This document shows positions 16,713-26,103 of a stretch of DNA of 64,000 bases, piece after piece (positions within the stretch are counted from its first letter, which is position 1; each line of letters begins with the position of its first letter). The notes beneath the pieces are model-generated. The model saw only the letters and a list, made by a program, of their open reading frames with translations, was not told the origin of the DNA and did no database searches. The position numbers were made by a program, and so were the translations under genes. The stretch comes from Gemmatimonadota bacterium (GTDB taxonomy: Bacteria; Gemmatimonadota; Gemmatimonadetes; Palauibacterales; Palauibacteraceae): the NCBI GenBank assembly GCA_039588275.1, contig JBDHAC010000004.1, forward strand, positions 14,447 through 78,446, read 5' to 3'.

Positions 16713-18803
16713 TCAGGGCTGCCCCCCACCTCCGACCGACCGGTCGATCCCGAGCACGAGCCCGGCCGCCAGCGTCGTGAAGGACTCGCTCCCACCCGGA
16801 GGTCGTTGGTGCCTCACGAAGATTTGGAAGCGACTCGAAGCCCCGAGATCGGCCGATAGACGGAACTGGCCCTCGAGCAGGGACCCGCTCAGGTCGTCGG
16901 ACTGGCTCTCCACCGACCCGTATCCGAACACCGGCTCGATCTCGAGCGGACCGACGGGGCGGTACGCGAACCCGAGGTAGCCCCGCACTTCGCTCTCCGC
17001 GATCCGTCGGTCGTCGAGCACCGTGACCGTCTCACCGAAGTATACGGCTGGCCGTACCGCGAAACGATCGCTCGCCTGGATGTCGGCCCTCCCGTAGCCG
17101 ACCCAATCGTCCCGGTCGAACCACCGTCCCAGGTACCCGCCGAACGCGATTTCACCGCGACCCTGCGTGAGCTTGACCGCTTGCTCCCCGTGGTAGACGT
17201 ACTCGAACAGATCCCCCGCCTGGTTCCTCCGCCCGGCCTCGAACGAGGTGATCAGACGACGATCCTGGCCCCAGGCGAGCGCCAGCCCTCCGAAGTAGGA
17301 CTCCAGATCCTGAGTGCGGCGGACGAACAACGGGTTGTGGAGTCCGAGCGCGTTGTCGTATCGACCCCATATGCGCAGGAACGGGAACGGCCAGATGGAC
17401 GCCTCGACCATGATGGTCCCCGTCGTCTCGCCGGTCTCGATCGCCGTGCCGCCCCAGATGTCCAGCTGCAGCCATGGAGGCAGGCTCGGGAGGGACGCGA
17501 GCTGGGCGTCGACCTGCTCCGAGAGCTCGGGGTCAAGCTCGAGCGCGCGGCGGAAGGCGGCGCGAGCCTCGTCCATCTCACCGGCCGCTGCCCACGCGCG
17601 CCCCAGCTCGAACCAGGCCTCGGCGTCGTCGGGGTCGAGCGAGACGGCCCCCTGATACAGCCGTAGGGCTCCCTCGGCGTCTCCGCTCGCGAGCGCCTCG
17701 GCCGCCAGCTGCTTCCGCTGGAGGACGATCGCCGCTGTCTCACCCGCCTCCTCCACCGCCTGCTCGATCTGGGGTTGGCGCTCATCTGCGGGATCGGGCG
17801 CCGCCTCCTCCGGGTCGCCGGCGGTCGGTGGGCCCTGCTCTTCGGGTTCCGGTGCCTCGGCTATCGCCGTAACGGGGGACGGCATCACCGGCAACGAAGC
17901 CAGCGTGAGGCCATCGCTCTGCACTTCCAGGACGTAGCGTGCCAGCTCCGCGGTCGCCGGGACCGTGAACAGCACGGTTCCGCTCGCGTCAGCCGTGCGC
18001 GTCGACTCCTGCACGGGTGGCGGAGTGCCCACGAGCCCGCGGGAAGTCGCCCGAGCACGAAGCGTCAGAACGGCGTTGGGAACGCGGTTCCCGTACCTGT
18101 CGAACGCGACCGCCGACACCTCGAGGGTCCCGGTGGGCTCGTCCGGGAGGACGAGCCGATCCGGCTCGACTTCGACCCGCGCGGGTGAGCCCGCTGCGAC
18201 ATCCAGCACTACCCCTACCGGGCCGGTCAACGATTCGCCCACCGCGGTGACCACGAGCGAATGGCTTGCCGCCCCGGTCCCGGCCGGAACTCGAAATCGG
18301 GCCTGGCCCTGAGCGTCGGTGGTCGCGCGCATGGTGCTGGCCAGGCCGCCGGGGATGTTCTCGGTGCCTCTCAGGACCAGTTGTACCCCTGCTCGCGGAC
18401 CCTCAGGGCCGCGCAGCTGCACCGTCAGCGTCGCGGTGCCGCCAACGCGGGCAGCCAACCTCGGCGTGGAGAGGCTGATGAGAAGCGGCGTGGGCTCAGC
18501 GGGAGTGGGTGGAGGTGACGCGCACGCGTCGATCGCGGCCAGGATCGTCGCATCAGCACCGAGCTGCCGCAGATCGGCAAGGTCACGAGCGCTGGGCTCG
18601 AAGCTCAGGCAACTGCGCTGGACTATGGCCACCACTTCGGGACGGGTATACGTCCCGCCGCTCAGGAGGCGGGTCAGATCGCTCTTCGAGAGCGGTGCCG
18701 GACGCCGGGCGCCGGGGTCCTGGCCCTGGGCGAGCCCCGGACACGCCGCCAGTACGGCGAAGAGAATCGCGGCGCCGCGCAGCATACCGACCGATCGGGT
18801 CAC
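16713..18803 (-). CDS. Secreted protein: helical N-domain + two Ig-like (Big_1-like) domains + TPR + C-terminal beta-barrel
   Basis: Signal peptide; TTDAQGQARF and TADASGTVLF Ig motifs; TPR DPDDAEAWFELGRAW..A..AFRRALELDP; strand-rich C-terminus; GTGA overlap with upstream gene. Confidence 0.75.
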   Translation of the reverse strand: MTRSVGMLRGAAILFAVLAACPGLAQGQDPGARRPAPLSKSDLTRLLSGGTYTRPEVVAIVQRSCLSFEPSARDLADLRQLGADATILAAIDACASPPPTPAEPTPLLISLSTPRLAARVGGTATLTVQLRGPEGPRAGVQLVLRGTENIPGGLASTMRATTDAQGQARFRVPAGTGAASHSLVVTAVGESLTGPVGVVLDVAAGSPARVEVEPDRLVLPDEPTGTLEVSAVAFDRYGNRVPNAVLTLRARATSRGLVGTPPPVQESTRTADASGTVLFTVPATAELARYVLEVQSDGLTLASLPVMPSPVTAIAEAPEPEEQGPPTAGDPEEAAPDPADERQPQIEQAVEEAGETAAIVLQRKQLAAEALASGDAEGALRLYQGAVSLDPDDAEAWFELGRAWAAAGEMDEARAAFRRALELDPELSEQVDAQLASLPSLPPWLQLDIWGGTAIETGETTGTIMVEASIWPFPFLRIWGRYDNALGLHNPLFVRRTQDLESYFGGLALAWGQDRRLITSFEAGRRNQAGDLFEYVYHGEQAVKLTQGRGEIAFGGYLGRWFDRDDWVGYGRADIQASDRFAVRPAVYFGETVTVLDDRRIAESEVRGYLGFAYRPVGPLEIEPVFGYGSVESQSDDLSGSLLEGQFRLSADLGASSRFQIFVRHQRPPGGSESFTTLAAGLVLGIDRSVGGGGQP

Positions 18804-20926
18804 GGCACGATCCGTAGCCGCGTGGGTGGCGCGGGTGGAGTCGTGTCGGCCACCCGCGGCGTCGTGACGTTTACCGCGGCGCTTCGTGCGCTCTCGAGGC
18901 CCGCGCCGTTGACGGCCGAGACCTGGTAGCTGTACTGCGTGTTCGCGACCACCGTCGTGTCCGCGAACGTCGTCGTAGTGCTCGTGGCCCTGACTGCTCC
19001 GTTTCGGTAGATGCGATAGCTAGCGACGCCCGACTCGGGGTCCGTCGCGGCGCTCCACGTCAAAGTAACGCGTGTGGGCCCCTCAGGCGTGACAACGAGT
19101 CCGGCCGGCACCGTCGGCGGCGAAGTATCCGCCGAGGCGGGCGTCGTGATGCTCAGCGGGGCGCTGCGCGCGCTCTCGATTCCCTCGCCGTTGATGGCGG
19201 AGATCTGGTAGCTGTAGGTCGTGCTCGCCTGTAGGCCGGCATCCATGAAACTCGTGCTTGTGCTCGACCCGACGCGCGCGCCGTCGCGATAGATGTTGTA
19301 GCTGTCCACGCCGGACTCGGGGTCGCTTGAAGCGCTCCAGGTGAGGGTGACGCTCGTCGGAGACGTCGCGCTCGCCGCCAGGTCGGCAGGTACCGTAGGC
19401 GGCGTCGTGTCGGCCGGAGCCGGTGTGGTCACGCTTACCGCGGTGCTCAGACCACTCTCCAGGCCCTCTCCGTTCACCGCGGAAACCTGATAACGGTACG
19501 TGTTTCCACCCCGCACGCCGCCGTCCGTGAAGGTCGTGTTCGTGCTCGACCCGACGCGCGCGCCGTCGCGGTAGATGTTGTAGCTGTCCACGCCGGACTC
19601 GGGGTCGCTTGAAGCGCTCCAGGTGAGGGTGACGCTCGTCGGAGACGTCGCGCTCGCCGCCAGTCCCGTGGGCACCGTAGGTGGCGTGGTGTCGGGCGGG
19701 GGGAGCGTGGTGACCACGACGGTCGCCGTAGGCGGACCCTCCAGTCCGTCCCCGTTTACGGCTGTCACCTGATAGCTGTATTGCGTGGAGCCGGTAAGCC
19801 CCGTGTCGCTGAACGAAGTGGTCGTGCTGGAGCCGACGATGCTGCCATCGCGGTAGATGTTGTAGCTGGCCACGCCGGACTCCGGATCGCTGGCGGCCGT
19901 CCACGTGAGAGCGACCCGATCGTGAGCAACGGCCTGCGCCGCGAGTCCGGAGGGCGCGGTTGGCGGGGTATCGTCGGCCGTCTGAACCGTCACGGAGGCG
20001 CTCAGGGCACCTTCGGTGCCGGCCCCGTTCACGGCGGAGACCTCGTAGGTGTACGTCGTGTTCCCGCTCAACCCCGTGTCCGAGAAGGTCGTGGTCGTGT
20101 TGGAGCCCACGATGGCGCCATCGCGGTAGATGTTGTAGCTGTCCACGCCGGATTCGGGGTCCGAGGCCGCCGTCCACGAGAGATCCACCTGTGTCGCCCC
20201 GGCGGCAATGGCGGCCAGCGCGGTCGGGGCCGTCGGCGGCGTGTTGTCGAACGTGGTCGCCAGGATCCGGACGCTCAGCGCTCCCTCGAGACCCTCTCCG
20301 TTCACCGCGCTGACCTGGTACGAATAGGTCTGGTTCACCTGCAGCCCCGTGTCGGAAAAGGTCGTGGTGGAGCTCGACCCGACCTGTGCTCCGTCGCGGT
20401 AGATGTTGTAGCTGGCGATGCCCGTCTCTGGGTCCGAGGCCGGCGCCCACCGGAGGTCCACGCTCGTGGCCCCGATCGAAGTGGCCGTCAGGCCAGTCGG
20501 TTGCGTGGGAGGCGTAATGTCGGGGAGTGGCGTGGTGACGGTGGTGGGCGGGGTGCTGCGCGGTCCTTCCTGATCCAGCGAATCCACCGCCGAAACGCGG
20601 TACGAGTAGGTCGTGACCGGCTGAACCGTCGTATCGATGAAGCTGGTCGTCGTGGACGTGAAGACCGGACCGTCCCCCCGGTAGATGACATAGTGCTTCA
20701 CGGGTGGCTGGCTGACCACCGCATCCCACGTGATCCGGACGCGACGGCTGCTGAGCGCCGTGGCTGCCACGTTGCGCGGTTTGCTGGGCGCAACGGTGGT
20801 GCGGTCCGCGTCGGGAGAGGCCCCGGAGCGCGGTGCCGGCGCCGCCCCTGCAAGCACAACGGTCAGGAGCACGAGCCCGAGCGCCATCCGGGATTCCGGT
20901 CTCCACGCCCCGCCGAGCCCGCTCAT
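18800..20926 (-). CDS. Secreted protein with 7 tandem fibronectin type III domains and a C-terminal orphan strand
   Basis: Seven PxxPxxL..V.L.W..YNIYRDG..Y.Y.VSAVN units of about 92-94 aa; signal MALGLVLLTVVLAGA; ATG at 20926 overlaps the upstream stop. Confidence 0.9.
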   Translation of the reverse strand: MSGLGGAWRPESRMALGLVLLTVVLAGAAPAPRSGASPDADRTTVAPSKPRNVAATALSSRRVRITWDAVVSQPPVKHYVIYRGDGPVFTSTTTSFIDTTVQPVTTYSYRVSAVDSLDQEGPRSTPPTTVTTPLPDITPPTQPTGLTATSIGATSVDLRWAPASDPETGIASYNIYRDGAQVGSSSTTTFSDTGLQVNQTYSYQVSAVNGEGLEGALSVRILATTFDNTPPTAPTALAAIAAGATQVDLSWTAASDPESGVDSYNIYRDGAIVGSNTTTTFSDTGLSGNTTYTYEVSAVNGAGTEGALSASVTVQTADDTPPTAPSGLAAQAVAHDRVALTWTAASDPESGVASYNIYRDGSIVGSSTTTSFSDTGLTGSTQYSYQVTAVNGDGLEGPPTATVVVTTLPPPDTTPPTVPTGLAASATSPTSVTLTWSASSDPESGVDSYNIYRDGARVGSSTNTTFTDGGVRGGNTYRYQVSAVNGEGLESGLSTAVSVTTPAPADTTPPTVPADLAASATSPTSVTLTWSASSDPESGVDSYNIYRDGARVGSSTSTSFMDAGLQASTTYSYQISAINGEGIESARSAPLSITTPASADTSPPTVPAGLVVTPEGPTRVTLTWSAATDPESGVASYRIYRNGAVRATSTTTTFADTTVVANTQYSYQVSAVNGAGLESARSAAVNVTTPRVADTTPPAPPTRLRIVP
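19260..19663. repeat. Near-identical intragenic duplication between FN3 domains 5 and 6
   Basis: 19260-19381 matches 19542-19663 (122 bp, one mismatch seen, offset 282 bp). Confidence 0.85.
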
Positions 20927-21309
20927 TCTCCTCTGAGCTCCGCGCTGACCTCGCCGGACAGGGCGCTCTCGTTGCCGTCCAGGTCGAGCGCCGTCACCGC
21001 GAAGTAGTAAATGCCGCCGGACAGGTGGGTCAGCGTGTGGGTCGTCTCGGAGCCTACCTCCACCATGGTGCTGGCGTCTTTCGTGAGCGGCGTCGTTTGG
21101 CTGTAATAGAGCCTGTACGAGGCCAAGTCGGTGAGCGGCGCCCCGGTGGCATCCGTGGCAGGGGGATCCCAGGCAAGGGTGATCGAAAATGTCTGGATCT
21201 GGGAAGGTGGTCCGGTGAAATCCGCCGGTGCGCCGGGCTGGCAGGCCATCCCGAGTGAAACCAGGACTGCGAGGACCGACCTGCGTCCCCGGGAAGGGAA
21301 TCCGTCCAT
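20923..21309 (-). CDS. Lipoprotein with a single FN3-like domain
   Basis: RGRRSVLAVLVSLGMA-C lipobox; ITLAWD, YRLYY and YYFAVTALD..GNES motifs. Confidence 0.82.
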   Translation of the reverse strand: MDGFPSRGRRSVLAVLVSLGMACQPGAPADFTGPPSQIQTFSITLAWDPPATDATGAPLTDLASYRLYYSQTTPLTKDASTMVEVGSETTHTLTHLSGGIYYFAVTALDLDGNESALSGEVSAELRGE

Positions 21310-21694
21310 CTCGCTCTCGCTCCACCCTTTCGAGGAACTCGCCCGCGCGGGGCAATCGCGCCGCCGGAGCCCCTGCTCCGTGGCCCGCCGCGCCGGCATC
21401 TCCAGTCCCTGCGCCCGCGACAGGTGGGCGCAATCGTGAAGATGCCATGGCCGAGTCCGCCGCTCCGCACCGCGTTCGCCGACGCACGTTAGTGCGACAG
21501 GCTACTTCCCCCGGAGCAATCCGGACGTACCGAACGCATACGCGAATGACGCAGGAAATGCAAACCCGCTCGGGCTGTGGGGGCTTCCTTGCTCGCTGGA
21601 AGGAGGCCATCCAACTTCCGTCGACGGGAGGGCATGCGACCGGGGGCGCGGGGGCATGCGACCGGGTGATACGGCCGACACAGGAAGAGACGAC

Positions 21695-22093
21695 GTGAAC
21701 CAGGACTCCGACCCCACCGAGTCGATCCGCAGAATCTCGCGAGAACGTGCCGAACGAATCGGACGCAAGGCTTTCGACGAGATGGTGGATGCCTTCTACG
21801 CAGACGATGCGCAGTTGCTCCCATCGGGGGCTTCGGCCCTGCGTGGTCGAGAGAAGATTCGGCGGTTCTGGCACCTGACGCCTGACGAGGGACTCGTGTC
21901 TCTCACACTCGGGAGCCGGGAGATCGAGGCGTCCGGGGATCTGGCGTTCGAGATCGGTCGCTTCTCGAGGACCGTGCGCCCGCGTCACGGCGCGCCATTC
22001 CAGGAACATGGGAAGTACATCGTCGTCTATCGTCATGGTGCAGACGGCTATCGGGCCATTGCCGAGATGTACAACAGCGACGCGAGACGCTGA
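21695..22093 (+). CDS. DUF4440/SnoaL-like (NTF2 fold) protein
   Basis: FYADDA.LLP, LRGREKI, SGDLAFEIG and GKYIVVY patterns; GTG start after AGGAAGAG. Confidence 0.8.
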   Translation: MNQDSDPTESIRRISRERAERIGRKAFDEMVDAFYADDAQLLPSGASALRGREKIRRFWHLTPDEGLVSLTLGSREIEASGDLAFEIGRFSRTVRPRHGAPFQEHGKYIVVYRHGADGYRAIAEMYNSDARR

Positions 22094-22132
22094 TCGGCCG
22101 AAACAGTTGGAGAGCGGAGAACTGGAGACGGC

Positions 22133-22513
22133 ATGAGCACTGACGCGACTCTGTACAGCCTGGCGGAGGTCCCCGTGGAGCCGGTGACGGACACGATTCG
22201 TCGCCAGTTGATCACGGGGGAGCGTGCGATGTTGGCGTACGTGCGCCTGGATCGGGGGTGCATCGTCCCACGGCACTCGCACGAGAACGAGCAGTTCACC
22301 TGCATCCTCGATGGCGCGCTTCGCTTCTGGCTCGGGGACGACGGAGAAGACGAGCGCGTGGTCCGGGCGGGAGAGATTCTCCACATCCCGTCCAACGTGC
22401 CCCACAAGGCCGAGGCCCTCGAGGACACGTTGGACCTGGACGTGTTCTGTCCGCCCCGCCAGGACTGGCTGGATGGAACGGACACCTACTTTCACGACGA
22501 CCCCGAAGCGTGA
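22133..22513 (+). CDS. Cupin domain protein
   Basis: HSHENEQ, IPSNVPH and DVFCPPR motifs. Confidence 0.9.
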   Translation: MSTDATLYSLAEVPVEPVTDTIRRQLITGERAMLAYVRLDRGCIVPRHSHENEQFTCILDGALRFWLGDDGEDERVVRAGEILHIPSNVPHKAEALEDTLDLDVFCPPRQDWLDGTDTYFHDDPEA

Positions 22514-22520
22514 GGTCGAC

Positions 22521-23312
22521 ATGGACCTAGGTCTGCGAGGGAAGGTGGCCTTGGTAGCGGCCTCGAGTCGCGGATTGGGGCGAGCCGTGGCCGAAGAGCT
22601 GGGGGCGGAGGGAGCCCATCTGGTGCTTTGCGCTCGGGGAGAACGAGAGCTCGAGGACGCCGCTCGCGCCATCACGGAGCAGTGCGAGGTCCGCGCTCAT
22701 CCCGTGCCCACCGACCTGGCGGACCCCGAGGCGATCGAAGGCTTGGTGCGCGCGGCGCTGAGCGAGTTCGGCCGCGTGGACATCCTCGTGAACAACGCGG
22801 GCGGGCCGCCGGCGGGGCCGTTCGAGAGCCACACGCGCGAGGACTGGCGACAGGCCATCCGATTGAACCTGGAAAGCGCGCTCGAGCTCACTCGCCAGCT
22901 CCTTCCGGGGATGAAGGAACGCGGGTGGGGGCGCATCATCAACATCACGTCCCTGGCCGTAAAGGAGCCGGTCGACCAGCTCATCCTTTCCAATAGCGTG
23001 CGCGCCGCCGTAACGGGGTTCGCTCGGACGCTGGCGAACGAGGTCGCGGCACACGGGATCACCGTGAACAACGCCCTGCCGGGCTATACGCGAACGAAGC
23101 GATTGGAGCAGTTGGCGGAGACGGTCGCGCGGGACAGGAAAATCGACGTGCGGCACGTAGAGGCCGAGTGGGAGAGCACCATCCCCATGGCGCGCCTCGG
23201 CGAGCCCCGCGAGTTCGCGGCCTTGGTGGCGTTTCTCGCCTCCGAGCGCGCGAGCTACATCACGGGCACTTCGGTCACCGTCGACGGCGGGCGGGTACGC
23301 TCGCTCTTCTAG
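22521..23312 (+). CDS. SDR family oxidoreductase (FabG-like)
   Basis: ASSRGLG, NNAGGPP, SNSVR and ASYITG..VDGG motifs; GAGG SD. Confidence 0.9.
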   Translation: MDLGLRGKVALVAASSRGLGRAVAEELGAEGAHLVLCARGERELEDAARAITEQCEVRAHPVPTDLADPEAIEGLVRAALSEFGRVDILVNNAGGPPAGPFESHTREDWRQAIRLNLESALELTRQLLPGMKERGWGRIINITSLAVKEPVDQLILSNSVRAAVTGFARTLANEVAAHGITVNNALPGYTRTKRLEQLAETVARDRKIDVRHVEAEWESTIPMARLGEPREFAALVAFLASERASYITGTSVTVDGGRVRSLF

Positions 23313-23429
23313 CGGGTAGCCGGGGGCGTCCGATCTCCCCGCCACCCGCCATTTCGACCTGCTCGTCCGCTCGGGTGTCGCGTCGTCGGTTGGAGAGTCG
23401 GCGTCGTCAGTTCAGGCGTCTCCGGACCG

Positions 23430-23861
23430 TCAACGCAGCGTGAAAGTGAAATCCGCCGCGAAGGGTGCTCCCGCGCACTCGTCGTCGATCTCGACGCTTC
23501 CAGACACGGAGCTCCCGCCCTCGGCGACGACGCCGCCGCCGGAGGCCACGCCGCTGCACCCGTTCTCCACGATCGAATACGGGACGGTCAAGGTGAGCTC
23601 GGCGCCCACGATCAGGCCTTCCAGATCGCCGTCGATCGTGACCGGGTCGCGGATCGCCATGACGCCGGTGACCGCGCCGCCGACCGCGGTCTCGAGCTGC
23701 ATGGTCCCCGTGTACACTTGGCCATCGTCGGCCACGAACTCGATGGCGTACTCGCCGTTGACGTTGAAGGCGTAGCCGGGCTCGCCGGGCTCGGGGTTTC
23801 CGGCGCACGCGGCCAAACCGGCCGACAGCACCGCGGTGCCGAGTAGCGTTGTCATCCTCAT
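23430..23861 (-). CDS. Lipoprotein of unknown function (beta-rich, one Cys pair)
   Basis: LLGTAVLSAGLAA-C lipobox; AGGAG SD upstream. Confidence 0.7.
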   Translation of the reverse strand: MRMTTLLGTAVLSAGLAACAGNPEPGEPGYAFNVNGEYAIEFVADDGQVYTGTMQLETAVGGAVTGVMAIRDPVTIDGDLEGLIVGAELTLTVPYSIVENGCSGVASGGGVVAEGGSSVSGSVEIDDECAGAPFAADFTFTLR

Positions 23862-24096
23862 GCCAGGTCTCCTGTGGAAGGGAAGGGGCGTCGGCCTCCG
23901 ACGAGCGTGGGGGCGCGACGTACCGCTCTCGCGGCTCCGTACGGCTCGCGCGCGCGGCCGGTTTCGCACGCTCCGTCAGCGCTGCCGTCCCGCGCGCGAG
24001 CGTAGTAGATTCACGCGCGCCGCGCTACGGCCGCGGCGTAGCCAAGAGCATGTGAGGCGAGAAGGCACGTTCACGATATACCGGAGATCGAATCCC

Positions 24097-24612
24097 ATGG
24101 TCGACAAAGAGGTCCAGGACGCGATAAACGAGCAGATCAGACACGAGTTTTACGCTGCGTATCAATACCTCGCCATGATGACTTACTTCGAGGGCAAGAG
24201 TCTGGATGGCTTCGCGACCTGGATGCGACATCAGGCCGAGGAGGAGGTAGCACATGCCATGCGGCTGGTGGACTTCCTGCTGGACAGGGGCGGAGAGGTC
24301 GAGCTGCACGCGATCGAAAAGCCCCACTCGGGTTTCGCGTCGCCGCTCGAGGTGATGCGCGCGGCTCTCGCACACGAGCAGAAGGTCACGGCCATGATCA
24401 ACGACCTGTACGAGTTGGCGGTCGCACACAACGACTACCCGGCTCAGGTCCTCCTCCAGTGGTTCATCTCCGAGCAAGTAGAAGAGGAAAAGAGCGCCGG
24501 GGACATCGTGGACAAGCTCGAGTTCGCCGGTGACTCACCGAGCGCCATCCTCGTCCTGGACGAACGTCTTGGCCAGCGCACGGGCGACGAAGACGAAGAG
24601 GAAAAAGCGTAA
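24097..24612 (+). CDS. ftnA: Non-heme ferritin
   Basis: INEQI..E, QAEEEVAH, HEQKVT..IN.LY and WFISEQVEEE ferroxidase motifs. Confidence 0.93.
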   Translation: MVDKEVQDAINEQIRHEFYAAYQYLAMMTYFEGKSLDGFATWMRHQAEEEVAHAMRLVDFLLDRGGEVELHAIEKPHSGFASPLEVMRAALAHEQKVTAMINDLYELAVAHNDYPAQVLLQWFISEQVEEEKSAGDIVDKLEFAGDSPSAILVLDERLGQRTGDEDEEEKA

Positions 24613-24651
24613 CGGCGCGGACAGTATCCGGGAGGCTCGAAGGCGGGCGAC

Positions 24652-26103
24652 GTGGGTCAGGTACCGCTCCTCACGATCGGACACATCTCGCTCGCTTTCG
24701 TGCTTTCCGTGCACATCCTGCTTCACAAGCATCGCCCCGTCTCTGCAGTCCTGTGGCTCGCCGCGGTCTGGGCCGTACCCATCGCCGGCGCCCTCGGGTA
24801 TGGTGCCTTCGGAGTGGATCGTGTTCGCCGGCACGCTTCCGAGCGCGCGATCGTGCAGCGGGCCCTGTATCACGGACCTTCCAGTTTGCTGGCAGTCGAA
24901 TGGTCGGGCTCGACGGAGGAGGACCCGCTCAACGCGCACCCGGCCGAGCACATTCTTCGCACCACGGACCCCGCCGTGCGCGCGCATCGCGTACTCCCCG
25001 GCAACCGCGCCGAATTGCTGGTGGATGGGGACGAGTTCTACCCGGTGCTGTTCGACGCGCTCGAAGGCGCCGAGTCCTCGATCAACCTGCAGACGTACAT
25101 CTTCGCCATCGATCGAACGGGCAAGCGCCTGCGCGATCTGCTGATGCGCAAAGCCGCCGAGGGTGTGCAGGTACGCGTGCTGTACGATCGGTTCGGGTCG
25201 ACGTTCGCACACGTGACGGGCTTCTTCAGATCGGCGAAGAAGAACGGGGTTCGGGTCGGCTCCATCAGCCAGGCCCACCCACTCAAGGGCCGGTTCCAGA
25301 TCAACCTGCGGAATCACCGGAAGGTGGTGGTGATCGACGGCCGGTCCGGCTTCCTGGGCGGTATGAACTTCGATGACCGCAATCTGAGCGTGCCCGGGCG
25401 CATCGGGCCCGACCGCGACTATCAGGTCCGTCTGGCCGGACCGGCGGTCATGGAACTGCAGGACGCATTCGTGGCCGATTGGTACTTCGCCACCCGGGAA
25501 GATCCCGAGACGTTTCGGTCCGAAGCGTTCTTTCCGACGCTCCTTCCCGTAGGTAACGGGCTCGTACAGATGGTGCCCGGAGCTCCCGAGCGGGGCGGAC
25601 GCGGACTGGCGCACGCGTACTTCGCGGCGCTGGTCTCGGCGCGTGAGTCGGTCGATATCGTGACCGCGTACTTCGTGCCGGACGAGACGATACTGGAGGC
25701 ACTCCGATACGCGGCGTTCCGCGGGGTGCGCGTCCGACTCGTGCTGCCCGCGAAGAGCAACCACTGGTACACGAGCTACGCCGCTCGCTCGCTGTACGGG
25801 CCTCTTCTGCAAGCAGGCGTGCGCATCTTCGAGCGCGAGCCGCCGTTCATGCATGCCAAGGCACTCGTGGTGGATGGCGTATACGCGATGATGGGCTCGG
25901 CGAATCTCGACTACCGGAGCCTGCAGCTGAACTACGAGCTGAACGTAGAGATCGCGGATCCACCCTTTCTGGAGAGGTTGACCGAGCAGGTGGAATCGGA
26001 GATCGCCGTCAGCTGCGAGATCACGCTCGCGCACCACGCCGCGCGGCCGGTCGTCCGGCGGCTGACCGAGAACCTCTGTTTCCTCTTCCAGCCCATGCTG
26101 TGA
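24652..26103 (+). CDS. cls: Cardiolipin synthase (PLD family)
   Basis: Two HKD motifs (NHRKVVVIDG, MHAKALVVDG), GSANLDYRS, N-terminal TM pair. Confidence 0.9.
   Translation: MGQVPLLTIGHISLAFVLSVHILLHKHRPVSAVLWLAAVWAVPIAGALGYGAFGVDRVRRHASERAIVQRALYHGPSSLLAVEWSGSTEEDPLNAHPAEHILRTTDPAVRAHRVLPGNRAELLVDGDEFYPVLFDALEGAESSINLQTYIFAIDRTGKRLRDLLMRKAAEGVQVRVLYDRFGSTFAHVTGFFRSAKKNGVRVGSISQAHPLKGRFQINLRNHRKVVVIDGRSGFLGGMNFDDRNLSVPGRIGPDRDYQVRLAGPAVMELQDAFVADWYFATREDPETFRSEAFFPTLLPVGNGLVQMVPGAPERGGRGLAHAYFAALVSARESVDIVTAYFVPDETILEALRYAAFRGVRVRLVLPAKSNHWYTSYAARSLYGPLLQAGVRIFEREPPFMHAKALVVDGVYAMMGSANLDYRSLQLNYELNVEIADPPFLERLTEQVESEIAVSCEITLAHHAARPVVRRLTENLCFLFQPML

Noticed and set aside
21578-21593. GG-N10-GC (TGGGGGC-TTCC-TTGCT) before the DUF4440 gene
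   Set aside because: Poor -24 box, so it is plausibly a chance match at this GC content.
20927-22675. 1291-aa ORF 18800..22675 read as one giant protein
   Set aside because: The N-terminal ~580 aa are low-complexity and overlap the FN3 lipoprotein and three + strand genes. The ATG at 20926 is coupled to the upstream stop and is followed by a signal peptide.
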